DNA from: Podospora anserina
Lineage: Eukaryota
DNA: 64,000 nt
Direction of reading: 5' to 3'
Assembly (NCBI GenBank): GCA_017654855.1
Contig: CM030334.1
Coordinates: forward strand, 3,162,001-3,226,000
The position numbers and the translations under genes are program-made. Positions 49,716-61,259 of this stretch are shown piece after piece. Below the pieces are notes generated by a model that searched no databases, was not told where the DNA came from, and was given only the letters and a program-made list of their open reading frames with translations. The stretch's first letter is position 1. Each line of letters opens with the position of its first letter.

Positions 49716-50420
49716 ATGCCACGAAGAACCCCCACCCCCAACCTCACCACCCTAACCTCAAAGCTCGAATCAGCCTCAACCCGCCTCCGCAAAACCTTCA
49801 AATACACCGACGACAACAGCACCGACGATGACATCCCAGAAGTGATGGACGAGCAAGGTATTCCCCTTCCCCTTCCTTCTCCCCCACTTTATCCATTCAC
49901 TAACCTCTCCCCAGAACAAGAAACCCTCATCACAACCCTCACCACCCGCAATGCCCACTCCAACACCCTCACCCTCCGCCTCCTCCTCACCCTCCCCGTC
50001 CTCTCTTCCCTCCCCTACCTCCTTCTATTCCCCACATCTCCCCCCATCTTCCCCCTTCTAGCCTTCTCCTCACTATCGTCAACCCTCTACCTGCTGTACA
50101 CCCTCCCCGTCACCTCGACAGGCTTCAACGCCCTCGACAAACCACCCCCCAGCATGCAAGGGAAGATAATCCAACCGCCAGTTGCCAAGTCCCCGTTGGA
50201 AGAGTACCTCCCCTGGTTGAACTTGTTGCTAGTGACAGTACTAGCATTAATGGGCTTAGTGCAAGAGAAAACAGGAAAAAGTGGGGGGCCTCACCCGGTA
50301 TTGCTAGGCGTGCTACCGGGCGTGGTGTACGGCGTTTGTGTTGCAACGAAAAAGACGATGGCGGGGGTGGATGTGGAAAAGGAGTTGGGCCGGTTGAGGT
50401 ATGGGTATAAGGGTGCTTGA
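49716..50420 (+). CDS. Conserved hypothetical membrane protein
   Basis: RLRKTFKY...MDEQEQE.LI..L, several TM segments, SPLEEYLPWLN, C-terminal EL.RLRYGYKGA. Intron 49858-49914. Confidence 0.75.
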   Translation: MPRRTPTPNLTTLTSKLESASTRLRKTFKYTDDNSTDDDIPEVMDEQGIPLPLPSPPLYPFTNLSPEQETLITTLTTRNAHSNTLTLRLLLTLPVLSSLPYLLLFPTSPPIFPLLAFSSLSSTLYLLYTLPVTSTGFNALDKPPPSMQGKIIQPPVAKSPLEEYLPWLNLLLVTVLALMGLVQEKTGKSGGPHPVLLGVLPGVVYGVCVATKKTMAGVDVEKELGRLRYGYKGA

Positions 50421-50471
50421 ATTTTACACATTCATGCATTACATACGTCTAGAAAGATATCAAAAATATAT

Positions 50472-50505
50472 CTCACACACTCACACACTCACACACTCAC
50501 ACACA
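50472..50505. repeat. (TCACACAC)4 tandem repeat between convergent genes
   Basis: tcacacac repeated four times. Confidence 0.85.
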
Positions 50506-50754
50506 AATCTTTGACAAACTGAAATATTGGTAAACCAGAAAGGGGAAAGGATAGTGATAAACTCAAAAGTGTATGACAATGGCCAAAGCTGGGTTATCTA
50601 TATGCCATGTTCCTCCAAATCCCATACCATGGCAAAGATATACACCTAAAAATACGCCAGATAACACCACCACGACGGCCTGTCGTTTCTGCACTGTACC
50701 AACCCCCCAAAACATAACCCTGTCAACCGCCCAAAAACTACTCTCATCCCACGA

Positions 50755-53700
50755 TCAAGCCTTCTTAGGCCGTCCCCCAGGCTTCGCAGCCGGCTTAGCC
50801 TTGACCCTGACCGGCACATCCTCCTCCTCAGCCTCATCATCATCCATCACCACCGCCGCTGCCGCCTTCTTCTTCGCCGCCGCCGTCTTCTTCGGCGCAG
50901 CAGCCTTCTTCGGAGCAGCCTTCTTCTTGGACGCCTTGATATACTTGTCCTTGCTCAAGTCCAACTCCTCCTCTTCATCATCCACCGGCTCCGCAACAGC
51001 CGCCTCATCATCATCCTCCTCCTCAATCGCCTCCTCCAAGTCAGGCACGTCACGGCTCATCTTCTTGGCTTGAGCAGGGAGGTTGGTCGCCCGCATAAAT
51101 GGGACAGGGTGGGAGGCTTGGTTGTATCTATCATTTTACGTTAGTATTTTGATACGAGAAAAAAAAAAAAAAAAGGGCGGGGAGAAAGAGAAACATACAT
51201 CCTCGTAAACGCCGACTTTGTCTGCGTGTCGATATTCACCTTCTCCTCGTCCTGCTCACCCACTCCCAGCTCCTTGATAAAGTCAAAGTCTTCCCTCGTC
51301 AAGTAGTAGCTATCCATCAGCTCAATCACATCCTCCACCGCCTCCTTGCCTTCCAGCTCCAGCTTCTTCACGAGCTGGCGCCACAGCACAGGCAAGTACT
51401 GCTGGCGAATCTCATTATGATCGCCAGAAGACTTGAGACGCATGTGGGAGTGAATCTCACGGACGTAGCGGGACAGCTTGCCGTACTTGCTGTTGTTGCC
51501 CAGCCAAGAGGTAAACGTGGGCTGAGCGCCGAACTGGCCGGCAATGTAGGAGGCCGGCTTGACGGTGCTAAAGACGGCATGAGTAGGCATCAGAGACCAG
51601 TGCTGCTGGGGACCGTGGATCATCCGGTCAACCAGATCGCCATCGCTGATGCTCTCAGCCGCCATGTCGACCAGCTCAAGATGCTTCAGGTTCTGCTCCT
51701 TTGGATGCATGCCCACGCCCCCTATAACATTGGGCTTGGCGCGCAGGTAGTTCTCCTGCACCATCAGGTAGCTGAACTCGTGGTCGTTGAAGTACAGCTC
51801 AATCTTGTCGTTCAAGGTCGCCTTGCTGGCAGAGCTAAACATGCCACCGCCAATAATCTTTTGGCAAATGTCCCATGGCTTCAAGATGACGTGCTTCTCC
51901 CAGGCCTTGGCCATCGCCTTGGTCTGATCAAAGTCCATCGTGGTCTGGTCAAGTTTCGCCGTGGCCAGCATGTTGATGATCTGCCGGATGTCCTTCCCGC
52001 TGCCCTCAATCAAGGCGTTGACGACCGGAAGAGGCATCTTCAGACCTTCTCTGTGACAGATGGTCATGACACGAGAGCGAATCTGATCAACAGTCGGACG
52101 TTGGAACTTGATGTCGAAAGCAACGTGATCAAACGGCTTCATCTTTGGCAGACGGCGGTCGTTGCAAATGAGGATCATGGGCACCTCAGTCTTCTTGCAG
52201 AGTTTGGCCAGCGCACCAACACCGCCACGATCACCAGCAGACATACCATCCACCTCGTCCATGACCAGAACGATCTTCTTCTTGGCCGCATCCGCAGTTT
52301 TGCCATCGCCAGCAAAGTAGCCCAACAACGAGGTGTTGTTGACAACCTCCATGACCCCGTTCTCAACAAGCTTTTTGCTGCGGCTGTCGGAAGCATTGCT
52401 CTCAATGACATCGTACCCCTCCAGCTTGGCGGCGAGGTGGGCCGAAGTAGTCTTGCCAATACCTGGCGGGCCAGAGATGATGACTGCTCGGTAACCACCC
52501 ATGCCATCAGCACCCCTCTTTTGAAAGTCGTACTTTTTGTGCTTGGGCCAATTCTTAAGCCAACCCTGGATCCTCTCTACGTTTGCCTTGTTGCCGCAAA
52601 TCTGGTTGAGGGCAGTAGGAGCGTACTTTGATGTCCAGAGTTGGGTAAGGGGTACCGTTGGCTGGGGAGCTGGAGCTGCGGTTCCACGGGCAGCAGCAGC
52701 AGCCTTGGCAGCCCTCGTCGCCTCGGCTCGCTTGATCTTTTCTTCCTCCTCCATGCGAGCAGCTTCCTCTCTGGCTTTCTGTTCCTCCTGCTCGCGCTTC
52801 TTTCTGGCGGCCTCAGACCCCTTGCCACCACCGCCACCAGCAGGCATAGTCTTGATGAGATAGAACAGGCCTTCCTCGTCAATAGTCTTGATGTTGTGCT
52901 CCTTGATCTTCCTGAGCTTGCTGGGGCCGGCGTCGTCACCGAGGACGACAAAGTCCGTCTTGCTGCTTGGCGCGCCGGTGACCTTGCCGCCATATCGTTT
53001 GACCAGGGCTTGACCATCTTCACGGGATATTGTCTTGAGCAGCCCAGTGAAGACAAATGTCTTGCCGACAAGGCAGTCCTCCTCTCCTTCGGGAATGTCA
53101 ACAATACCAGCCAACGGAGCCGGACCAGCATTGCCGCCACCGCCCTTGTTCTTGAAATCAAACTTCCAATTCGGGTCCTTCGGGGGAGCATCAGGTGCCT
53201 GAATCGTCGGAATATTGGCAAGAATGTCCTTGACATCATCCGGCTCAGCATCAGCGTCCTTCTTGGCTTTCGTGGCGCGAGGTTTCGCAGGTGCAGCCTT
53301 CTTGGGAGCGGGCTTCTTTTTGACCACCTCCTCCTCTGACTCCTCGCTGTCGGTGACTGGTGACTTTCTCTTCTTGCTCGCGGCAGAGGCAGCTGGTTTC
53401 TTGGCGACTGGTTTCTTTGGCGCAGGTTCAAAATCGTCCTCCTCAGACTCATCCTTGACCTTCTTCACAGAACGGGAAGCAATCCGTTTGGGCTTGGGTT
53501 GTGGCTCCTCCTCGCTTTCCTCCTCTTCGTAGTCATCCTTCTTTCTCTTGTTACCTCTGACGTCAGCGGCAAAGATGTCGTCTCCCGCGTCCTCGTCCTC
53601 GTCGTCAACAAATGCGTCGTCATCGTGGATGGTGTGCTTCTTGTAGGTGGTGACCGGCTTCTTCGTCTTTGGCTCAGGGGCAGGCTTGGCGGCCGGTTTG

Positions 53701-54207
53701 GATCGTGGGCTGGAGCGCACAGGGAGCTCGGGCGTGGGTTTGGCGGCAGCCTTCTTTGGCGTGCTCGACGTGGTAGTGGCAGCTGGTTTGGCCTTGGTGG
53801 AAGCAAAGTACTGTGATGTTGAGATTTCGGTGCCCTTGGCTTCGATCGGCGCCCTGCGAAGCGTAAGTCACAACCCGTGCAAGTATCACAATACTACAAC
53901 CAAACATACGCTGCCTTTTTCCTCGGTGTGCTTCTGGTACTCTTCTTCACCCTGTCGAAATGTCAGCTAAGTCTCACGAAGAATCATCGAGGCAACCTAC
54001 TCTACCACCTCCTCATCCTCATCACTGTCCTCGATGACCTTTCTCGCTTCTGGAGCAGTGTCAGCAACCCATTACTACCCTTCCGAACCCAAAGGTAAAC
54101 CCACTCCCGCGACCCTTTTTCTCCTCCTCCTTTTTCTTGGGCGCAGGCTTCGATGGCGCCGCCGCCGCACCGCCCTTTGGTGCAAAAAACGACCGAATAT
54201 CAGGCAT
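50755..54207 (-). CDS. RFC1: Replication factor C large subunit
   Basis: PIP-like MPDIRSFF, BRCT (TFVFTGLL...YGGKVT..PS.KT), LWTSKYAP, Walker A GPPGIGKT, MDEVDGMS. Exons 54207-54105, 54049-54001, 53951-53910, 53853-51199, 51127-50755. Confidence 0.96.
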
Positions 54208-54401
54208 GGTGGTTGTGGTCGTTCTGTCCTCAGGAAGCTTTCCAATTGAAAATCGAGCGAAAAAGAGAACACCTTTGCTTTTAAAAAATACAAAAATTTA
54301 AACCCGTTTGAAGCACCCCTGCCGTTGTCAAAAAGGGGGGTCTAATGGTAGGCAACCGTCGAAGTCTAGAAAGAAACTCGATATCGGCAAGTGAAAGGGA
54401 A

Positions 54402-54460
54402 ACGCGCTCGGAAAGTGGTGACGCGAGTCCTACCTACTTGCTCTCTCCTCTTGGCGCGAC
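54402..54460. promoter_or_regulatory. Cluster of MCB-like CGCG elements in the RFC1/MRPL16 divergent promoter
   Basis: ACGCGC at 54402, ACGCGA at 54421 and GGCGCGAC near 54453, ~200-250 bp upstream of the RFC1 ATG. Consistent with MBF-type G1/S control. Confidence 0.45.
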
Positions 54461-54677
54461 GACCCACACAGACCACTTTAAACTTTATGCCCCACTTTCA
54501 ACCACCTTTCATAGCCCAAGCTCCCACCCCGGACTTTTTGCCCGCCGAAGTTATCCCGAACTGGAGCCAGCAGCTTTTTGGAATTGGCGCGCAACACCAC
54601 CACCACCATATCTGGTGATAGCGAGGAGCTCTTTGATAACCCCCGCCGTTCCAGCACCCCAGCAGCCAACCGCAAAA

Positions 54678-55696
54678 ATGCCACCACGACCCTCCCCCCC
54701 CCTCTCCTCCCTCCTCAGCGCCCTCACCTCCCTCCGCCTCACCACCCCCCGCCCATCCCCCCTCAACCATGCCACCACCACCATCCGCACCTTCACCACC
54801 ACCCCAACACTCCAAGGCTCCTGGCTAGAACCAAACCTCCTCCGCAAAAACAAAATGATGAAAGGCCGTCCCCGGGTCCCAACCGGCGGCTCAACCAAAG
54901 GAACGACCGTCGTCTGGGGCGACTACGGGCTCAGGATGTGCGACCACGGGAGACGCATCAGCGCCAAGCACTTCAAGATGGCCGAGGACACCATCAAGGC
55001 ACGGCTCAGGGGGCAAAAGTACAGGTTGTACAAACGGAAGTGCTGCAATGTGGGGGTGTTTATTAGTGGGAATGAGGTTAGTTCACCGCACCCTTTGTTT
55101 GAGTTGTGGTGGGGGATAGGGGATGGTGTGGAAGGGGAGGGGAGGAGGGGAGGGGGGGAGGTGGTATAGGGGGGATCCGGGGGTTTTCATGTCAAATGGA
55201 GTCGATACCCAAAAAAACGGTACCAAAAAAGGCAGAGATCTGGGGTCATGAGGAGGAAGGGTTCACATCAAAAAGCGCTGCACCTAATGCGACGGGGGTT
55301 GATATCATGGGATCAACATCCAGAACAACCACCAGAAAGCACCGCTCAACAAGAACCATGCTAACACCCCCCAAATAGATGCGCATGGGCAAAGGAAAAG
55401 GCTCCTTCGACCACTGGGCCGCCCGCGTGGCCGCCAACCAGGTCATCTTCGAGATCCGCGGCGTCCTCCACGAGCAGGTCATCCGAGACGCCTTCAGGCT
55501 GGCAGGCAACAAGCTGCCCGGCCAGTACGAAATCATCACCAAGAACGACCCCCCCGTAGTCGGCATCACCAAGCTCGAAAACGGTCTCACCCTCGAAGAC
55601 CTCAAGAGGCCGAGGAAGAAGCTTCCTGCCCCTGTTGTCGAAGAGACATCCACATCTGCCACAGAGGCGAGCTCGAGTGCTCCTCCTCCTTCATAG
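54678..55696 (+). CDS. MRPL16: Mitochondrial ribosomal protein uL16m
   Basis: [26 protein letters not shown]...[20 protein letters not shown]...[11 protein letters not shown]. Exons 54678-55076 and 55379-55696. Confidence 0.95.
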
Positions 55697-56407
55697 TTTT
55701 ACAAAGGGGGGGAGAAGGGACAGGAAAAGAGAATAATGAACCAAGTGTATAAAAATGTTTTATTAGAAGGGATATCAAAACAAAACTGTACAATCAATTT
55801 AGACACTGAGAGAAAAAAATCTCGGTGAGTGAAACAGAGAGACATTAAAAGGCTGATCCTGGGAGCTTGGAACCTGTGATATCAAAGTGCATGTCACATG
55901 TGCATAGGGGGCGATGTTTCGACATAAAGTTGGGAGATATGGGGTTGACACTTCCGAGGCACTTAACTGCCAGCTACACTTCGAGGAACGGGCAAACAAA
56001 AGCATAGTCTACAGTAGCAAGCTACGGAGTGGTCTGATATGCCCTTCCAAAAAAGCCAAAGTCACATCACCTGGCAAGACGGCACAAGGATAAGAGGCAA
56101 TCAATCCCAAACTCCAAGGGTATTCACAATGCATTCATAAAACAACGCCTGATGGACAGACAAAATTATCATCGAGTGTAGCCTTCACGGCACACTGGTC
56201 CATTCCTTTTTCTCTCTGCTCAGCTAAGACCAGATTCTCCATAGCATAGCTCCCGAGTTCCTCAAACGAGTACCAGACCTCGCCCAGTCAACGATGCCAA
56301 AAAGCACGTCTGAAATGCCACGAAACAGGAGAACCAGAGCCGAACCAGCCCCATCATCATCTCCTCTGCCATCATTGAAAATGACACGGTCAGCGACGAC
56401 CGCGCAT

Positions 56408-57226
56408 TTACCTGTAGCGCCAGAGGGAGAGGGTGTTGTGGCGCTTCCAGGTCTTTCTGCGGCCAGCCTTGGTCTTGTTGTAGCGGTGGCCCTTGTTGAG
56501 ACCGCGGGACTTCTTGCCGGTGGCGGTGAGGCCGCGGGACTCGCGGTGCTTGTGCACGGGGTTGACGATCCAGTTGATGCGGGGATCGCGACGGATGGCC
56601 TTGTGCTGGGGGTCGACGAGGATGACCTCGAAGTACTTGTAGGTGGAGTCCTGGTTGATCCAGTAGGAGTTGAGGACGCGGAGGTTGGCGCAACGGCGGC
56701 CGACACGCTCCTCAGCGGTGGCCTTGAGGGAGCGCTGGTACTTGAGCTGGTTCACACCCTGGTTGGTGGGCTTGCCTGTGAAGTGAAGGGTTGGTCAGCT
56801 CCTGTTCCTCTTTATTAAAAAAAAACGGACAAAAACATACCATAAGTAGCACCCTTGGGGACGGGCTTCTTGCGACCACCACGGCGGACACGCACGCGGT
56901 AGATGACATAGCCCTGCTTGGCCTTGTAGCCGAGGCGGCGGGCCTTGTCGGGGCGGCTGGGGCGGGAAGCACGGTGGATGACGTTCAACTGGCGGAGCTA
57001 TATTGATGCACTCTCAGCAAATGTTCAACGAGTGTATAGCAAGGGCGGTGGTCAATCGCAACAGAGGTTTCCCGAAAAAAAAACCCCATTGCGATGCCAA
57101 CCGTCCACATGTTCTCTCGGATATCGGATATTAACTGACCTCCCAGCAGCGAACCCGGAGAAGGAAGCGAACGACATCGCTCTGCTTCTTCTTGGAGAGC
57201 TCTTCGAGGTACTTGAGGGCGCCCAT
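56408..57226 (-). CDS. RPL15: 60S ribosomal protein L15 (eL15)
   Basis: [32 protein letters not shown]...NTLSLWRYR. Exons 57226-57140, 56997-56841, 56775-56408. Probable 5'UTR intron 57365-57232. Confidence 0.97.
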
Positions 57227-57458
57227 TTTGCCTGTGCAGAGTCTCGCCGGTCAGCGTTTTGTTGCCAGAATGAAAAATGAGGCAATTGAAATGTTCCTGA
57301 GCAGAGAGCTGCAAGAAATTGTCGTCGTCTCAGTGGCGGGAGGAGGGAGGGGGGGCAGCACTCACCGGATTCCTGTGGTTAGTACGGAAGGGAGTTCGTG
57401 ATCGGGAGTCGAAGGTTGCCAGAAAATCGAGAATTTTGCAATTGTGAGGGAAACCCGC

Positions 57459-57467
57459 AAGCCCTAA
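57459..57467 (-). promoter_or_regulatory. TTAGGGCTT (Tbf1-type) ribosomal-protein promoter motif
   Basis: AAGCCCTAA just upstream of the RPL15 leader. A related TAGGGCT lies at 32695-32701 upstream of RPS10. Confidence 0.45.
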
Positions 57468-58504
57468 CAGTGGGCAGGGCGCTAGACCAATCCTGGAATC
57501 GTGCGTGTGGTCCAAGCTCCACCTGCCCCACCTCCCAACTTCACGTCTTGGCATGCTGGAGACCCACCGTTCTTAAACTTGAGATTGATAGCTCGGGGCT
57601 CTGGACTTGGGGCAGCTCTTCAGACTGCACGGCAATTGGCATTCCTGTTTTGAAAACGAAAACAAATCAGATTCATTTTCGTCAAACTTCACATTCAAGC
57701 ATCACACACCAACTCTCATCAAAATCAGCACAGTCTCAATTAAAAGCCGCCAACTACCTGAAAAGACTAGGCCCCAGGAGCCAACTAAAAGAAGTGAATC
57801 CGCAACGAAAGCAAAAAAGAAAAAAGAAAGAAAAAAACAAGAAAAAACAGAAAAAAGGAAAATCGCAAATCTTTGTTGTAATGCCCATATCAGTTGATCC
57901 ATCCCTAAACCAAGTTCGAAAAAGTTCCCGTTTTGTAGTATCAGATTACATAATGCTCCCCCGTTGAAGCTCCCCTTTCTGTCTGTCTATGGCAAAGTCT
58001 TCTGTTCGTCAAATGGAGAAAGCGACGGCTCGACGTCTGAGCAAAGAGAAAAATAAGAAAAAATAACTGAAAAGGGGGTTTTTTTTTAAAAAAAAAAAAA
58101 AAAAAAAAAAGAATGTAAGTGACTTTGTCTGGCCAAAAGGTTTCAAGAAAATTAGATCTCAGAGAAGAGAAAATAAAAACAGGCCAAGCCAGCTGTTTGG
58201 CAATACGGAACATGTCCTGACCAAAACCAACCGCCCGCCAACGCCCCTTAAAAAGCAAGTGGTCGCCCTCGGGCAAACCATGATGTAATGTTGACATGTC
58301 CCATAAGCCTCGTGCCTCGTGATGAAAAGGATCGACCGTCCCAGAAATCTCTTCATGCCCTAGTCTTTCTTTTCTGTATCTCGGTTCCAAATGAGCGAAG
58401 TCTCGTCGTCTTAGGTCATCTTAACGCGCTGGGAAATCGAAACGCAGCAAGTAAATACAAGTACAAAGGCGTAGCTGTTGTAAAGCACAAACGTCGAAAC
58501 CGTC

Positions 58505-61259
58505 CTAGCGAGAGTTGAGAGAGAGTCCCTGGAAAGAGCCAACCCAATCTGCCTGGGGTCCCAGAGCCGGCACTGCTTGATCCTGGGCTGCTGGTGTGGT
58601 GGATTGGGGTGGTGGAAATCGTCCGCGACCGGCAAAGTCGCCTCCTTGAGGAAAAGCGTTCGCATAGGCATCCACACCCTGAACCAAGCCGGGCGCGTAC
58701 GGCATGGCTCCAGCACGAGCAGCCGGGTTCGCAAAGGCGGAATAGGGGTTGTATGGAAAGTTTGTTGCGGGGTAGTTCTGGTTGGGAGCCACTGCACGTT
58801 CGGCGAACGGCATGGTAAATGCCGGGCGTACAGCTCGATCGGCTTGACCGGGCGCCGAGAAGGCGTTCTGGCCTTCTTGTTGGTTGTCCTGACGTCTTCC
58901 TGCAGTCGCCAGGCCCCGGTTCACGACCGCTCCAGGACCAATACCGCTCGGAGCCGGAAGACCAAGGGACGGGCTCGCGAAAGATGCCGGATTGATGGCC
59001 GACATCCAGATGCGAGTTTTGTAGATTTTGAAAAGGTCTGTGACGAGAGAGTTGAAGTTGATGTATGAGTCGGCAAAGTAGTAGAATGTGAGCTTCTTCC
59101 AGTCCCTGTCCAGCTGTTAGTCACAAGTTTTGCCTCACTTCAAAGTAGGTAGAGACTTACACTTGAAACTCTGCATCCAGAATCTCCATGTTAAGGCCGT
59201 GCTCTTTTACTTTCTGCTGGCAAACACGCTTGGCCTTGGCCTCCTGTCCCTCCTTCTCGCGCAGTCCCTGAATCTCATAGGGTTGCGCGAGCCGCCTGAT
59301 AAGCTTTGGTTTCAACTCACCCGAGTTGGGCTCCTGCATATGATTCTGGCTCGGGGGGCCCATGCCGCCCACAGCGCTGGCCTGGAGGCCGTTGGAAGCG
59401 GCCATGAGACCAGCACCAGCCCCGTCTTGTGAGGTGGCGTTTTGTGAGTACATCATGAGCCATCGGTACTGCTCCTCAGCATAATGCTCCTTGTATTCCT
59501 TGGCCGTCTGCCAGTCTACATTGTCTTTGGCGACGGTGCCCAGATCCGTACCACGATCAGCCTCGACAATTACCAGGTCACCAGGCTTGACGCTGAGACC
59601 GGTGCCTTCCTGAATGTAGAAAACATCGGCTCTGGAGCACTTGAACAGGACGATGTAGAGTGATTGGGTATGCCGGGGTTGCGTCACGCCGTACATGCCC
59701 CGATGCGGTGAGATGGGCCTGTTGGCGTACGCACCAGGCATTCCGCCGTACGGAGATGCATACTGGTTGTGATACGGTCCCACCTGTCCGAGACCTTGCT
59801 GTGCAGGACTTGCGACGTTTCCAGACAAGAAGTAAGATGGGACTGTTGAGCACGTCAGCAAGCCGAATCTGATATGAGACCAACGATATGCCTTACCTTG
59901 ATTGCCGGTATTGAAGTTGGCATTGTCATTATACGCAGACGGAAACTCTTGCGAATGAGAAAGGTCCTGAGATGCCTGCTCAAGCGCCGCTTCACTGATC
60001 GAGCTGATGGAAGCCTGACGGGTCGGCACATCGGCAAAAGAGTGACGTCTGCTTTGAGGAGGTTCTCCCAGACCACCGAACCCAAGTGAGCTCTGCCAGA
60101 TGCCCTTCTTGACATTCTCCAGCTTCCTGTTTTCAATCAGGTAGGGAGTCCGAAGAGTCCCCGGTCCGTACTCGCTCATCCGTCGTGCAAGGCTCCTTCT
60201 GGCTGCCATCTCAGAGCCATCATTAGCTTCATCGTGCTCATCAACGGCGTAGTCGGATTCCTCTGGAACTGGCTCCTGTGTAAAGTAGCCATTGCCCAAC
60301 CCCCAGGATGAGGTAGAGGCCCTAGGTCTCAGCCGTGCTTGGTTCTGGAATTGCTGCTGTTGCCGCAGCATCATGTTCTCTCGGGTGAGCATTTCGATCG
60401 TCTTGGCCTGCTCCTGATGCTGGCTTCCCTGCAAGGAACCGGTACTGTCGTCATCATCATCCTCGTTCACCTTTCCGAGCGACGAATCGTTTGCCATCTC
60501 GCTCAACATGCTAGGCCGAGAAGGACGGTGCTGAAGGCCAGAATGGCCCATCGGCCGGACTCGGGAACCAATCGTGGAAGGAACACCGGCGGTCATGGCC
60601 GATTCAGAAGGCTCAAGCTGGCCTACGGAATACGACTGGGATCGGTACGTCTTCGGGGTAGGGTGCAGAGGAATCGGGAACGGAAGCTGAGAGTTGGGTG
60701 TCTCTCGAGGGCCGGGCGAGGTTTGTGTGAAATCATTGCCAAAGAAGGAGCTTGCTGTACCTCCGGGGGGCGCTGCTGAAGTCGGAGAGGGAAGCACCTC
60801 AGTCAAGCGCGAAGGAGGTTCCTTTCGGTCGGTATTCCAGATACCAGTGTTTCCCCAAGTAAACGTGCCACTCCCCGAATGGTTTCTCCCAAGCACTCCG
60901 GCAGAGGCTCCCCAGACAGAAGCGCCTGGGTCAGCGGCAGGTGTACTCGGGTGAGAGGTTGTCGGAGACATTGAGCTACTGGCAAAAGACTCTTTTCTCT
61001 GGCGCAACGGTTGCTGCTGCGTAGTATCGTTCAACCAAGAAGCTCGACGCATCGGTTTCGGGGGTTGAACAGTGGGCGGGATGTTGTCCTGGCGGAAGGC
61101 CTCGGGCTCATCGTCAGAGCTGGCGAGAGCCTCGGAGTCGGGCGTCGACCTCCGACCCAGTTTATCAAGCAGTATCGCCTGGCTGCTGGGGGCAACGCCT
61201 GAGAAGGGCCCCTGGCCCTGCTTGGGCGGAGGGCCCGTCTTTCCTCCACCGGAGCTCAT
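58505..61259 (-). CDS. PSP1 C-terminal domain protein
   Basis: LYIVLFKCSRADVFYI, GDLVIVEADRGTDLG, KPKLIRRLA, MEILDAEFQVDWKKLTFYYFADSYINFNSLVTDLFKIYKTRIWM. Introns 59896-59843 and 59160-59106. Confidence 0.9.

Noticed and set aside
54345-54677. In-frame upstream ATG extending MRPL16 by 111 aa
   Set aside because: It lies in the shared promoter and would mask the presequence; ATG 54678 has a strong CAAAAATG context.
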